Assembly: GCA_030141605.1 (NCBI GenBank)
Contig: JAQGDQ010002426.1
Coordinates: forward strand, 1-47,583
Direction of reading: 5' to 3'
DNA from: Tubiluchus corallicola
Lineage: Eukaryota > Animalia > Priapulida
Length of the DNA: 47,583 nucleotides
The translations under genes were made by a program, and so were the position numbers. Shown one piece after another: positions 22,941 to 35,395 of this stretch (its first letter is position 1; each line of letters begins with the position of its first letter). The notes beneath the pieces are model-generated. The model was not told where the DNA came from. It saw only the letters and a list, made by a program, of their open reading frames with translations, and searched no databases.

Positions 22941-23111
22941 CATTCACTTGTCTTTCTTCTAGCACATCACAAACAGTTTAAGTGACAACAGTAAAATAAA
23001 CCCAACATACTGAGTGACTTGTTCTTTCCTCTAGCACACCACAAACAGTTTAAGTGACAACAGTAAAATAAACCCAACATTCTAATTGGTTCGTCGTTTC
23101 CTTTATAAACT

Positions 23112-23612
23112 ACAGGGATCCCACAGAACTTTAAAAAAATTCTCTGACTTTTCCATGACTTTTCCCTGACAAAATATTGATTTTTCATGACCAAGATTAG
23201 CAGAAATTGCATTACCAGTATACACATTCAAACATTTTTCCGTAAGGACATTCATACACATACTGATATATAATGTGTCGGCACAGTTGCAGTAGTGCTA
23301 ACGAAATTACACTAATCACATTAAATAAACTTTCTTAATCCAATCATAATTTTTGGAAACACAAATTGAAACTGGGAACCTGCCATAGCAAAATTTCATT
23401 TGAACACGAATCACTGAAAAATACGTTTGGAAAAATATCAGTTCACGGTGATTATTTTTGCAACCCATTCGAATTTCCCTGACTGTTCGCCCCATTTTCA
23501 CCATTTTCCCCCGACTTTTTGCCCCATTTTCATCACTTTCCCTGCCTTTTCATCAAATTATCTTTTCCCCAGACTTGTCCACGAATCTCCAGGATAGCCT
23601 GTATTTTCCAGG
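23112..23612. mobile_element. Partial MITE (cagggatcccac terminus) in spacer
   Basis: Homologous to 14113-14460 and 33110-33457. Confidence 0.65.
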
Positions 23613-23646
23613 ATTAGCCTATCCACTTAGCACAGCAATTACTTAC

Positions 23647-23767
23647 GTGGCCTGGTATTATTTGACACAAGAAAACATGGAATGGTCTGGACATTTTCCG
23701 ATTCGCTTCCCACCAACCACTTCATACACGGGCACGTATATTCCAGAAACTCAGCCTTCACAACTGC
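23647..23767 (-). CDS. Exon 13 (spacer, minus copy only), PLAT C-terminus: AVVKAEFLEYTCPCMKWLVGSESENVQTIPCFLVSNNTRP
   Basis: Minus strand tctgttag| ... C|gtaagt; phase 0 continues exon 12; YxxPCxxWL is the PLAT terminal motif. Confidence 0.85.
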
Positions 23768-26700
23768 CTAACAGATAAGAAATATTAACCATAATAACCA
23801 TTCACAGCCTGAAAACTACAGATAACATTTCATATTTGATAAAACAAGCTGTAGCATGACTTCAAAAAAACGGCAGAATAATTCGTGAGAATTCTCAAAT
23901 TCAATTATAGACATAGACATAGACATAGAACATTTATTTTCTCCATTTGTTTGACATGACAAGTTTTTTTAAATATTACTTAATTATAGTAGTGGAGCAG
24001 GGCAGGGAAGGACCATAGGGTCATCTAGTCTCCTGCCCTGTCTTATAATTAAATTAGTATATTAAAAGTAAATGGTGAAACTGCGGATAACAAAATCAAA
24101 TAGGAAAAAAAAAATAATAATAATAAACAGTATAAATGAAAACAAAGTATAAATGAAAACAGTATAAGTGAAAACAAAAAATAATAAAGTTAGATGACAC
24201 CTAAATCTAAACAAAAACAATACAATTAATACAAGTAATTATGATTATTACATATATTTTCAAATAGGGGCCTTATTGACAGGGGATTTTGACTGTATGG
24301 AGAGATAAAATAAGTATCAAAAAAAGTGTAATATAGAAAATTTAAGAGAAAAAGTAAGTATAAGAAAGAGCAACAATTACTTAGGAGATGATTGTGAATT
24401 TGTCAATTGTCAATTGTGAATTTTAATTGTAGTACCAGCTGTTACATACGTAAATTACAATGAAATTACCAAACAAAAGTCGAGAAATTTTTTACTTTAA
24501 TGTCCAAACAAGTGAATTACAAATGAATGAAAGGATAAAGGAATTAATTTCAGCAAAATTGAAAATAATAAAATATTTACTAAATAATAAGCTAAAATAT
24601 GAATGAAAGAATGAATGAACAAGTGAATGTTTAAAAGACAAGAAAAGGGGTGCCTGAAGTAGGTTTCAGAAAAATCATCTTAAAAATTATATTACTTTAT
24701 AGCAATTTTATCCGTATATCTTACTCACACTGAAAGGAATTTTAGTTCGTTTTCATTTTAAATCTCCTGCAATACTGTTCCGAAGTCGCCATTACATGAC
24801 GTCATGTACCAAATCGAGGGAAGGAAAGGAAATGTTAAATAATGTCCTAAAAAACTTTCCGTGCAAATCTATATTACTTAGCATTTCGCTTACCTGCTGG
24901 AAACACTTACGTAACTAGAACAAAAATACTTAAAATAATCATTAAAAACTAGAAATGTAATTAATCATTTAAACATTTTCACCAATTGGTAAAACGTCGC
25001 TGACTCACCCTCCAGGGTGCACCACTCACTAACCAAAAACTTATTTTTAATCTTATTGACAAGATGCAGTAATTTTGAATTTTATTTAGTTAGTGACATG
25101 TGCGCTACGAATGCTCTGATTATTTTTTCAAACTTTACAAAATGTTATCTAAACTTGTTTCAAATGACCTGCCGTGAAAATGGCTGAATCTAATGGTCAT
25201 CACGGGAGTTTAAATTTACATGTTTTATACAGCGTTGCTGCCAATTGAAGATCTGTATGTAAAAAGGCAGTGTGTCAGCGATATAAAATTTCAAGGCGAA
25301 TTTCTTAAGCTTTATGTAAGTGGAGGGTTTTCTTGTGCAAGCAAAAGACGGAATAAAAACAAATAAAGAAAAGTTGAAAGAGAACACACCTTTTCCAACA
25401 TCCACCCTGCACCAACGCCCTTATTGTTGTGCCAAATAGTCAAGTATTTCACAAGGCCAACCGATTTAAGTTTCAACACAAACGTATCAATCCTATGAGA
25501 TTCAACGAAAATGAATCGTAACATTTTTCGGTGAATCAGCAGAAAGCAAAAACACAAAAACCACCACGTACAAAACGAAACACGATACTAGTGACTTAAC
25601 ACGTACTGTCAACCTCGGGTATAAGGTATTCGCTTATAAGGGACCATCAACACCGTTCCCAATTTTTCGTAACGTTTTTCCATGTAAAAATCTTCGTATA
25701 TAAGGTACTCGCTTATAAGAGACACTCACATGGGACCATCAACACCGGTCCCGATTTTTCGTAACGTTTTTCCTATGTAAAAATCTTCGTATATAAGGTA
25801 CTCGGATATAAGGGACTTTCGGTTATACGGGACGATGTCTTCAGGTCCTGCGTAATAGAAACCCAGGTAAATTGCCTCGCATATAAGGGACCCTAAGATC
25901 AAAGCAAAATTGATCGATTTTTAACTTCAATTTTTCGCAAACTCGGCCTTCGAACAGCTTGGTTTCTGCAGTCACATACATCTCACATCACTGAAGGAGC
26001 TTCCTACATACCGTTTGCACTGAATGTCTAGCAATAATCCATAGAAATATGGGTAAAAGTACAGGTTTAGATACACCCTCGGTCGGACTCAACTTCGGCT
26101 ATAAGGGGCGGTTTTTTCCGGTCCGGAGGAGTCCCTTGATATCCAAGGTTGACTGTATGTAAAACAACGATTCGCTATCAAATGTTGCTGTATGACGAAT
26201 CTTGTAAGTCTCACACATTTTAATTACTAAAATTAGCTAATAAATCTTAAGACTACTAAACACAGGCACAGGTAAGTTCCAGAAAGGGTATTTGTGTGCT
26301 TGCAAACCAAAACCGACCACATGTCGTCGTAGTTACATGTATGTTATTATACCTCAAAGTAGAAAGTAGCGAAAATTTGGTCAGATGTCAATTTTTTCTT
26401 TCTTATAAAAAGAAACACTAAATATATTAAAATTTCACATTCTAGCATCAAATTATCCAGAAAATGTTCAAAAAATACTATTTTGTAACCCATACCCACT
26501 TTTTGGCTAGAAATTAGTACTGCAATTGCAAAAAACTCCTATTTTCAAACTGTGATAGTAGCTTGCAGAAGCAGTAATTTTGCTTTAGGTTTTTTGTATT
26601 GCCAAGGCCAGATCTTCGTCAGGAAGAGCCATCTACTGGATTTAAACATAACTTCAATGTATTGTTGCAAAGTTCGTACAAACCAATATTTGTACGGTTG

Positions 26701-28859
26701 CTAAGTGTTATGTAGAAACGCGACAAAAAACAATGGCTAATTTTAACAGTGATTTTCTCAAGGTTATGTTTTTCAATGAGCAGCCTGCACCTCAACTTCA
26801 ACGTGGATTATCTCAGATTAGAAATAACATAGAGCGATGAGCTTGGTATCAAAATGATCCTCATGAGGATATGAGAAAAGCTTAATTGCCGACTTATGGA
26901 CGATCTTGCTATACAAGCACACATATTATAAGCATTTAGCTCTAATAACCAACGAACTTCGCTTCTAAATAAAGCACAGAATCATTGAAACTTGAAATCT
27001 TACTGTGATCGTGCAAAAGAGTTGATGGTACTGTCCAACTTTTGCTCTGTAGAGTTTCCAAGGCTTCCGTGAAGCTGCACAAAAACACCTGCTTGAGTAT
27101 TACTAAACATTTCATCTGCAGTGTAAATGTCAATATTGTATGTGACATCTGTAAAATAAATAAATATGCTACCAGTTCATAGATGGCGACTCCAGTTTGG
27201 ATCACAAATCAGTTGTTAAAATTAGGTCGACAGAGAGAGAGGCCATTTGTTGTCCTAACTTTGGCCAGTCTCAGGACCACGTGTTTTTATAAGAAACTGT
27301 TTTCAAATGCATTCACAATTACAATGTTGAGGTTCATTTGCAAATATTCTAAATGCATTAGAAATCTAATACCTATAGTATCCACATTAATACAATAATT
27401 ATAAATGGAGAAATGTAACTAATATGCGAAACTTGGAAACAATATTTGAGTACTTATTGCTAATTATATACTAAAAACAAATGAACTGATTTTTACCTGC
27501 TGACGTCAAGTTACTTGCTTCTTGTGCAGTCAAGTTGCCCATTTTTGCAAATATGTCGGACTCATCTTGCCACAATACTTCAACACAATCGGGCTCCGTC
27601 GACTCAACGAAAGCGCGGCATGATTCATGAACAGGCACGTTACAAGATGCGTACTGCTCCTCACAGTTTTTGCTGCAAATATCGACCATCTTTAAGCTGC
27701 AAAATGGCCGACATTCGTAACAGGATTTATTGCACGCCAACAGTTCAACATTACAATGTTGAGTAGAACTTCCCCGGCAACCATGATACACGGCTTTGCA
27801 TTTTTCCCGCCTGGATTCCCAAAGTAACGAATTCTCACAGTCCGAATCTAAACTGTTGATGCACTTGGAAGTTGTTTCACATGTTGAATTGCAGGTAGCG
27901 CTGCAGTTGATCCATTCACTTTTACACTCCGACTCACATAAATCATATAACAGTATAGCATCTAAATCAGTATCGCACTGCGCAACACAAATATTGTAAT
28001 TTTCTACACAAACTTGCTCTGCAGTGAGGAGACATAGCTTTTCCTCCTTGGCACATTCTATAGACAGGTTCCTACATGTTTCTAACCACTGGTCATAACA
28101 TCCTTGCATTCGTAAGCACCCGTCTATACTACATGACTTGACATTAAGTACGCACAAATCATCTTCGCACTGGCTGACTGCTGTATCTATACATTTCTCA
28201 ACTTTTCCTCTGCACATGCGCAATGCATTGTCACAGCGTGGTGTTTGATAAGAATCATATATGATCCCCAGATAATACTCTTTAGAGCTGTTATTTTCAT
28301 TGTGAACTCTTAAAAAGTAGTCGCTGTGTTTCGCGGGTAGTGCGCTCTCATCATGACGAAGAGGAATTTGATTTACTTTCACGGAGCTTCCTCCTTTAAA
28401 ATCCTTGATAAGAGGTCGGCCATCTTCCTTTAGAACAACCTATAAAGGCTTTAGAATCACTGATGGAATTTTCTTATTGAACTGGCTTCATGTTATCAAG
28501 TCATTAGTGACTTACCTTTGAACTTACCTTTTGAGTCAATATAACTGAGATGAGGCTGGATGTAATAAAACAATTAATACGACATTATTTTTTATATATT
28601 TTTTTTTATATTTTATAGGGTAATCACAATTGCAAATAACACAGTACACACAGCGATTATAAAAATACAATTACACATATATACAGCACTACAAAAAACT
28701 TATACCACATTATCAAGAACACAGTTACACAAGTCAAACTCAACAATTTAAACCAAAGACACGACATCAAACCTTGATGTATAAACCCAATGGGTACAGC
28801 ATGAATGTACATAAACACAAATTTAAGATAGTTGCATACACATATAATTTTTTTTTGCT

Positions 28860-28896
<37 letters not shown>

Positions 28897-31800
28897 TCTG
28901 AATGAAGTTGAACTCACAGATGGCGTCGGAGCTGTAGCCTCGTCGGTTATATATATATATATACCAGCGAAAAACTATATGTGTATGCAACTATCTTAAA
29001 TTTGTACATATATATATAATATAACCGATGAGACTACAGCTCCGACGCCATCTGTGAGTTCAAGTTCATTCAGAAATTTTAGAATAAAAGCTGGGTGAAC
29101 TGCTTTTCACCTGAGGTAGTTTCTACTTCTCCAGCTCCTAAGGCCGGCCACATAAACATTGTTTCTGTCTTACCTCAAAAGATGTCTGTAGGTAGGGAGG
29201 AAAATTTTTTTAAGTGAATGTTTGTGAATGTTTAAAACTGGATCGTGGAATAGGTCATATCAGTTGAAATCAAAGTTTGTTTATTTTCCAACTGGTTTGT
29301 ACATAAACACAAATTCAAGATAGCTGCATACACATGTAGTATTTAGTTTACATAAATGATGTTAGTTATATATATAGTTCGTTTATTTACTATTTTTTAA
29401 TAATTATACTCGGGAAGTGATACATTTTAAAACAAAATTAGAAGCACTTTGAAGAATTTGTGAATCATTTTAGCCTAATAATCATTTTACTTTGACATCA
29501 TCTAATAAGTAAGTAAAGTTTGGGTATATAGAGCTACCGTATTTTCCCGTGTATAAGAGACCCTTGTGTATAAGAGACCCCTTCAATTTTTAGGCAAAAA
29601 TTCTGGAAAAAAGTTTTTTCAGACGGACATTTTTAGAGGGTAGAGTACAACTTTTTTCAACTCAGTGCGGTACTGAAAACAAAATAAAACCAGTTAATGT
29701 GTTGTAGAAAAAGAGTACTGGTATATATTAAAGTGCGTACCTGCAAACCTGTAACAGGAAAAGAGAAAACGAGGAGATAATGCCTGTGTCACGATGCTTG
29801 TATTGCTTACAACCGCTTCATAGTCGAACGCGACACGCAAAACAGTTGTAGAGCACTTATTTAAAATCATTAGTGTCACAATTTATGCACCTTATTGAAA
29901 AGACTTACTCCCATGTATAAGAGACCCCCTATTTTTAAAGTGAAAATTCTGAGCAAAAAAGGGTCTCTTATACACGGGAAAATACGGTAATTTCTGTATA
30001 AAAGGTGTTTGTTAGTCGTTCATATCTACTCCAGTGTGACAACATAAGTGTTCCGTCTTCTATTTCTCGTTTGTTTGAGTCACATTGTGTACAGTATGTT
30101 TCATTAGCTGGGATTTTGTTAGGTTTATGATGTCTACCGGTTTCTATTGCGAGTGAGAACTAATACGTAGTTTCGTGAAAGCAATTTTAACATTGCGAGT
30201 TACATTATTAAGTTGTAAATAATTTTCTAAATTCTTAGCATTCTTTAATTTTGCAGTAGGTCTTAATTTGTTTCCATCGTTGTTATTAGTATTAGTATTA
30301 GTTCTCTTAACTTCTTCCTTCCATTTTTTGAGATATATATTTTCGAGTTTCTGTTTAACAATATACAGTAAGTGTTTGTTGCTTACAGTTCCGTTATTTT
30401 TCAATACATGATCAAAATTTGGATCAATTATATACCTTTAACAATACTAGTAAATATTAATTACTTCATACACTTTACCTTTACAGATATTTTGGCAGGT
30501 AAATCAAGGAATGATATGACCACGTCACTGTAAGGTTCTACAACAAAGTTATGAACAGAAATGTCCATGTTTCTAGGCTGGCCGGGTGTTATAGTAACAT
30601 GTGAACTGGAGGGTTGAACTTCTGCATCTAAAAATAGAACAAATTTCTGCTTCTTGGTAACGATTGGCACAATTTACAATAATCTGTGTTTATAGTGTTC
30701 CTCGCTACTTCGTGGTTCGTTTATTGCGGACTCGCTGTTTCGTGGGTTTTCAAAGAATATTATAAATCATAAAAAATTACCATTTACAGTAAATAGCGTA
30801 TTTATTCGGCGGATGAATACACACCAAAAAGGAAATGTAGTACTTGGGCACTGCTAGTAAATAACTCTACACATTAAGTAAATTCCACGTAAAACAACTG
30901 AAGTTACTGAACCAATTCTTTGCTTCGCACATGTCATGTGACGGTTGTAGTTAAGACGTGTTGCTATGATAAACTTAAAAGGACAAGAAAAGGGCCACCT
31001 GAAGTAGGTTTCAGAAAAATCGCCTTAAAAATTATATTACTTTATAGTAATTTTATGCACATATCGTACTTGCACTGAAAGGAATTTTAGTTTGTTTTCA
31101 TTTTAAATCTCCCGCAATATTGTTCCGAAGTCGCCATTACATGACGTCATGCACCAAACGTAAATCAAGGGAAGAGAAAGCAATGTTAAATTATATCTCA
31201 AAAGACTTTCCGTGCAAATCTATATTACCTAGATTTTTGCTTACCTGCTGGAGAGATTTATGTAACTAGAAAAGAAAATTATTAATTATTTAAAATGTTT
31301 TCACCAATTGGTAAAATGTCGCTGACTCACCCTCCAGGGTGCACCACTCACTAACCAAAAAACGTATTTTTAATTTGATTTACAAGATACAGTAATTTTA
31401 AATTTTATTTAGTTAGTGACTTGTGCGCTACGAATGCTCTAATTATTTTTTCAAACTTTACACCATGTTATCTGAACTTGTTTCAAATGACATGTCGTAA
31501 AAATGGCTGCATCTAACGGCCATCGCGGGAGTTTAAATTTACATGTTTTATACAGCGTGAATGCCGAATGAAATCCTGTATGCAAAAAGGCAGTATGTAA
31601 GTGATATAAAACTCCAAAACGAATGTTTATGTTTATGAAGGGTTTTCTTGTGCTTTAACCTTTGACCTACAACAACTGTGCGTGCACACAACGAAACTGT
31701 GAAATGGCTACATTTCTTTATAAAGAAACCTTACTTCTAGACATATCGAACTAAAAAAGCGAACTACAGTAGTAACATTCTTATTACTATTAGTTACTGA

Positions 31801-34800
31801 TACTACAGTAGTAACAAGTAACATTTCACTAAAATCACAGCAATAAACAGCCATTGTCAATTACCTTCCATATCCATAAAATATTGCAGTGGCTCTTTTA
31901 GCTCTTCAATATTAGAAACTGATTGGTTCTCTGGTTCGCTAATTGCTATGCTCGTTATGGGAGTGTTAATCAAACTTGACGAGTTGTCCCACAAGTAGGG
32001 GTTTTCCTTCATAAAGTACATCTGAAAGCAAACTCCTATCTTTATTCATACTAAAGTGTCTTTACCGAGAACAACGAATAACTACTACTACTACTACTTT
32101 AAAGACTCGATGTTGATGAGGACACAAACCGACAATTAGCAGGTTTGAACTAGGTACCTTTTACTTACAAGGCAGATGCTTTTACCACTAGGTCACCATA
32201 TTCTCTAATGACCAAGGCAGTCTAAAGTTAAGAATTTGCAATATAACATTATACACACTAGAGCATGGCTTCTCAACCTTGAGGCCCCAAAGCAGTTTAA
32301 ATGGAGTCGCGGGATAGTCCAAAAACTATTTTTTTAAAAATGCCGTTTTCGCAAAAAGTATGTAAGTAGGTCTTGTTTCCTCAGTCTCTCGTTGGATCAT
32401 TTTTTTCTGGAAAGTGAAACAGGGTTTTTCCCGCTCTAAATGAGGTGTATCAGTGCTTGATTTTCCGGAAAAATGAAAATGCGCGTTGTTCTGTACAATG
32501 TACACCGCCCAAAAGCGTGTTGTTATTCATTTTACCTTGGATACCTATTGCTGTTGCATTACTGGTCGCTGAGAAACACGTGCAACCTTCACATTAATGA
32601 ATTGATGAAACAATCACTCGTTGTTTGTTGACTAGTAAGTTAAAATTAATAAATGCGAGCGATAAAGATGTTTAACAGCATAATAAATAATAATGATTAT
32701 GTTCTTCGTGGGGTCGCGATATGATGGAGGGAAAGGATCAACAAAAGGTTGGCAACCACTGCTCTAGAGTGATTGTAGTTACTAATTATTATATTTTTCA
32801 TCAATCTTGAGCCTGAAATTTCAACGGGTAAATAATTACGTAACAAATTAATCATAAAGAAAAGTTACCAAATTTACAATGGCAAAAAGTAAAATTTCGT
32901 TAAGATTTTAACTGGCTTCGTCTTCTTTATCAAATTTTCAAAGCTTTTCATCTAGAAGAACTTTGCTAAAATTCACCTGCACGTCAAAGACTTTCTCTTC
33001 ATCAGTATCATTCACTTGCGACAACGACGACGGCAATTTAAAGCGACCGACGCCCTCCATTTTTATATCAGAACCTACGAAAAATCAACAGTTAATCGCA
33101 AGTCTAATAAACATACTGATATATAATGTGTCGGCACAGTTGCAGCAGCGCTAATATAATTACACTAATCACATTAAATAAACTTTCTTAATCCAATCAT
33201 TATATTTGTAATAGAAGTCGAAACTGGGGGAGCCTGTCATAGTAAAATTTCATTTGAACACGAATCTCTGAAAAATATGTTTGGAAAATATGGGTTCACG
33301 GTGATTATTTTTGCAACCGTTTCCAATTCCCCTGACCTTTCTCCCCATTTTCATCATTTTCCCCGACTTTGTATCAAATTACTTGTTTCCTGACTTTTCC
33401 ATGACTTTCCGGGATAGCCTGTATTTTCCAGGATTTTTTCTGGCCGTGGGAATCGTGCTAACATCATCACACTTCACATTACGACACTATCAGGCTCTCG
33501 ATTATCCTTACCTCTGAGATGAGTTGCCTGTTGACGCTGTACCTGAACTGTAAGCAGATCCGTCACGAACGTCGTCGGTTCCTCCCCCTGGACTTTGTAC
33601 TTGCTCATTGTCTCCGATACGGTCTGGATAATGTCGAGTGATTTCTGCGAGATTTCTTTAGTCTAAAAATACCCGGCGACGATAAAACGAGTATTAATTA
33701 AATTCAAGCTGCCCTGCTGCAAAAACACGTCAGCAAACAAAAACAGGATACTACTAGTTAAACTATCTTTAAAAATAATTAATTACTAATAGGTTTCCAC
33801 ACAGAGATGGAATTGCTCTAATGAGAATCAATCGTGTTACATAGCTGGGTTAATTATTGCTGGCTTCGTATTCACACGAGGTTTCCACACTAGAAATATT
33901 TCTCAGCAGTGCTAATGTACGCAAAACTTTTAAAACATGAATATTCACAGTAAATTACTTCTCTTCAGATTTTAGGTAAAAATCATCAGAACTAAACGTC
34001 CGAAAGTGTTTGATTTATGAGTCAAGCATTATTAATTTTTGGCCTGCAGCTCTAGCATTTTTGATCTTTACGCGGGGAATGCAATGGATTGCTTTTACAT
34101 TGTTTTTTGTAAGGAAGCCATTGTTTCTCGTATAACGACGCGTTTTGCTGAAACACATTGGCATAGTTAAGTGAGCATTTACTCTATTAGAGAAAATCCG
34201 TTTCATTTGTTGCGTAAGACACTTGCCTGTTGCCTCTTTGGTTGAACGGTCGAGTTGTCAGTGACAGAAGATTCGTTTCCACCTTCAATGTCTGCGAGCG
34301 ATTGTGCAAGTGAATTTATTGAACCACCCAGTACACTTGAAATGCCGCTCAAGATGTGCCTGTTTGCAGAAAACAGTAAGTAAGGATATACCTTGCTTTT
34401 ACATTTCATAACTGACAAGTGATAGAGATATTAGTACCGGTACTAGTCGACGTTCATGTAGTAGTAAGGCCCATTTCACACAGTGAAGATGCAATGACAC
34501 TTGGAATCGCTGTCAGAAAATTTCGGATTTTTCCCAAAAACCCACGCAGCACGTTTCGTTTCAAACAGAAATTACACATTTTTTACTAAAAAATTGTCAC
34601 ACTAATAAAACAAAAAATTGATTACACGAGAAAACAGAATAATCACATAATTTTATGTTGAACTAATTCTGTGAGGAATCCTCCCGAAAACGGAATATGC
34701 AGTATTTCTACTAAGAGGCAATTTCCTCATGAGCAGAATGCACAGCCCCTCTAGCTAGCAGAAGAATTAATCATGAAGAAATCCCTCCTATGGAATCTGT

Positions 34801-35364
34801 GAAATGAGGCACTGTATTCTATTTTTGTGGGGAATCTCGCAAGACATTTTTGCCTGGAAGAATTTTGCCATGCATCCTCAGTGTGAAATGGGCTTAAGAA
34901 CAACAATAGCCGTACTAAAAGCTTCAGTATCAGCAGCAGCAGCAGCAGCAACATTCGACAAATCTTTAATCAGACCTGCTTTCCTAACCAATAAGCACCT
35001 ATGACACGTATACTTAGTTTTACCGCTGGCTGATCTTGCCCTAATGCTACCCACCCCCGTTTGCTGAAACTCTTCTGCAAGTTGCACATGTAAATTGTGA
35101 AAAACATGTGTGAACTATTCACACACCATGCTTTTGGTATGCTCACATAGGTTTAGTTTTTATGTTAGCTAGCTCTGCTTGGATGTATAAGTTAGTCGAC
35201 TGTAGTGTTTGCACTAAAGTGTTTTGAAGTGTTTTGACTGCATTTTTCTAAGATTCAAGAATTATGCTGTAATTCCATGAGTTTGTTTCCATGAAAGGTT
35301 GTGTTGATTGAACAAGATTTGCACATGGTTTTGTAAGCAGTAGCATTACTATTAGTTTGGCATT

Positions 35365-35395
<31 letters not shown>

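Larger units (their letters stand above)
1..22951. repeat. Left arm of ~23-kb inverted repeat (giant palindrome)
   Basis: Every ORF and exon has a reverse-complement mirror (e.g. 19188-20099+ / 27471-28382-). Identity ends at ...aaacattcacttgt (22951). Confidence 0.98.
22952..24618. other. Unique 1667-bp spacer of the palindrome
   Basis: No mirror image. Contains the minus-strand PLAT C-terminal exon, a MITE, a LINE-like tail and a 71-bp tandem duplication. Confidence 0.95.

Noticed and set aside
23458-23778. 106-aa plus-strand ORF in the spacer
   Set aside because: The first half is MITE sequence and the second half is antisense to the PLAT exon.
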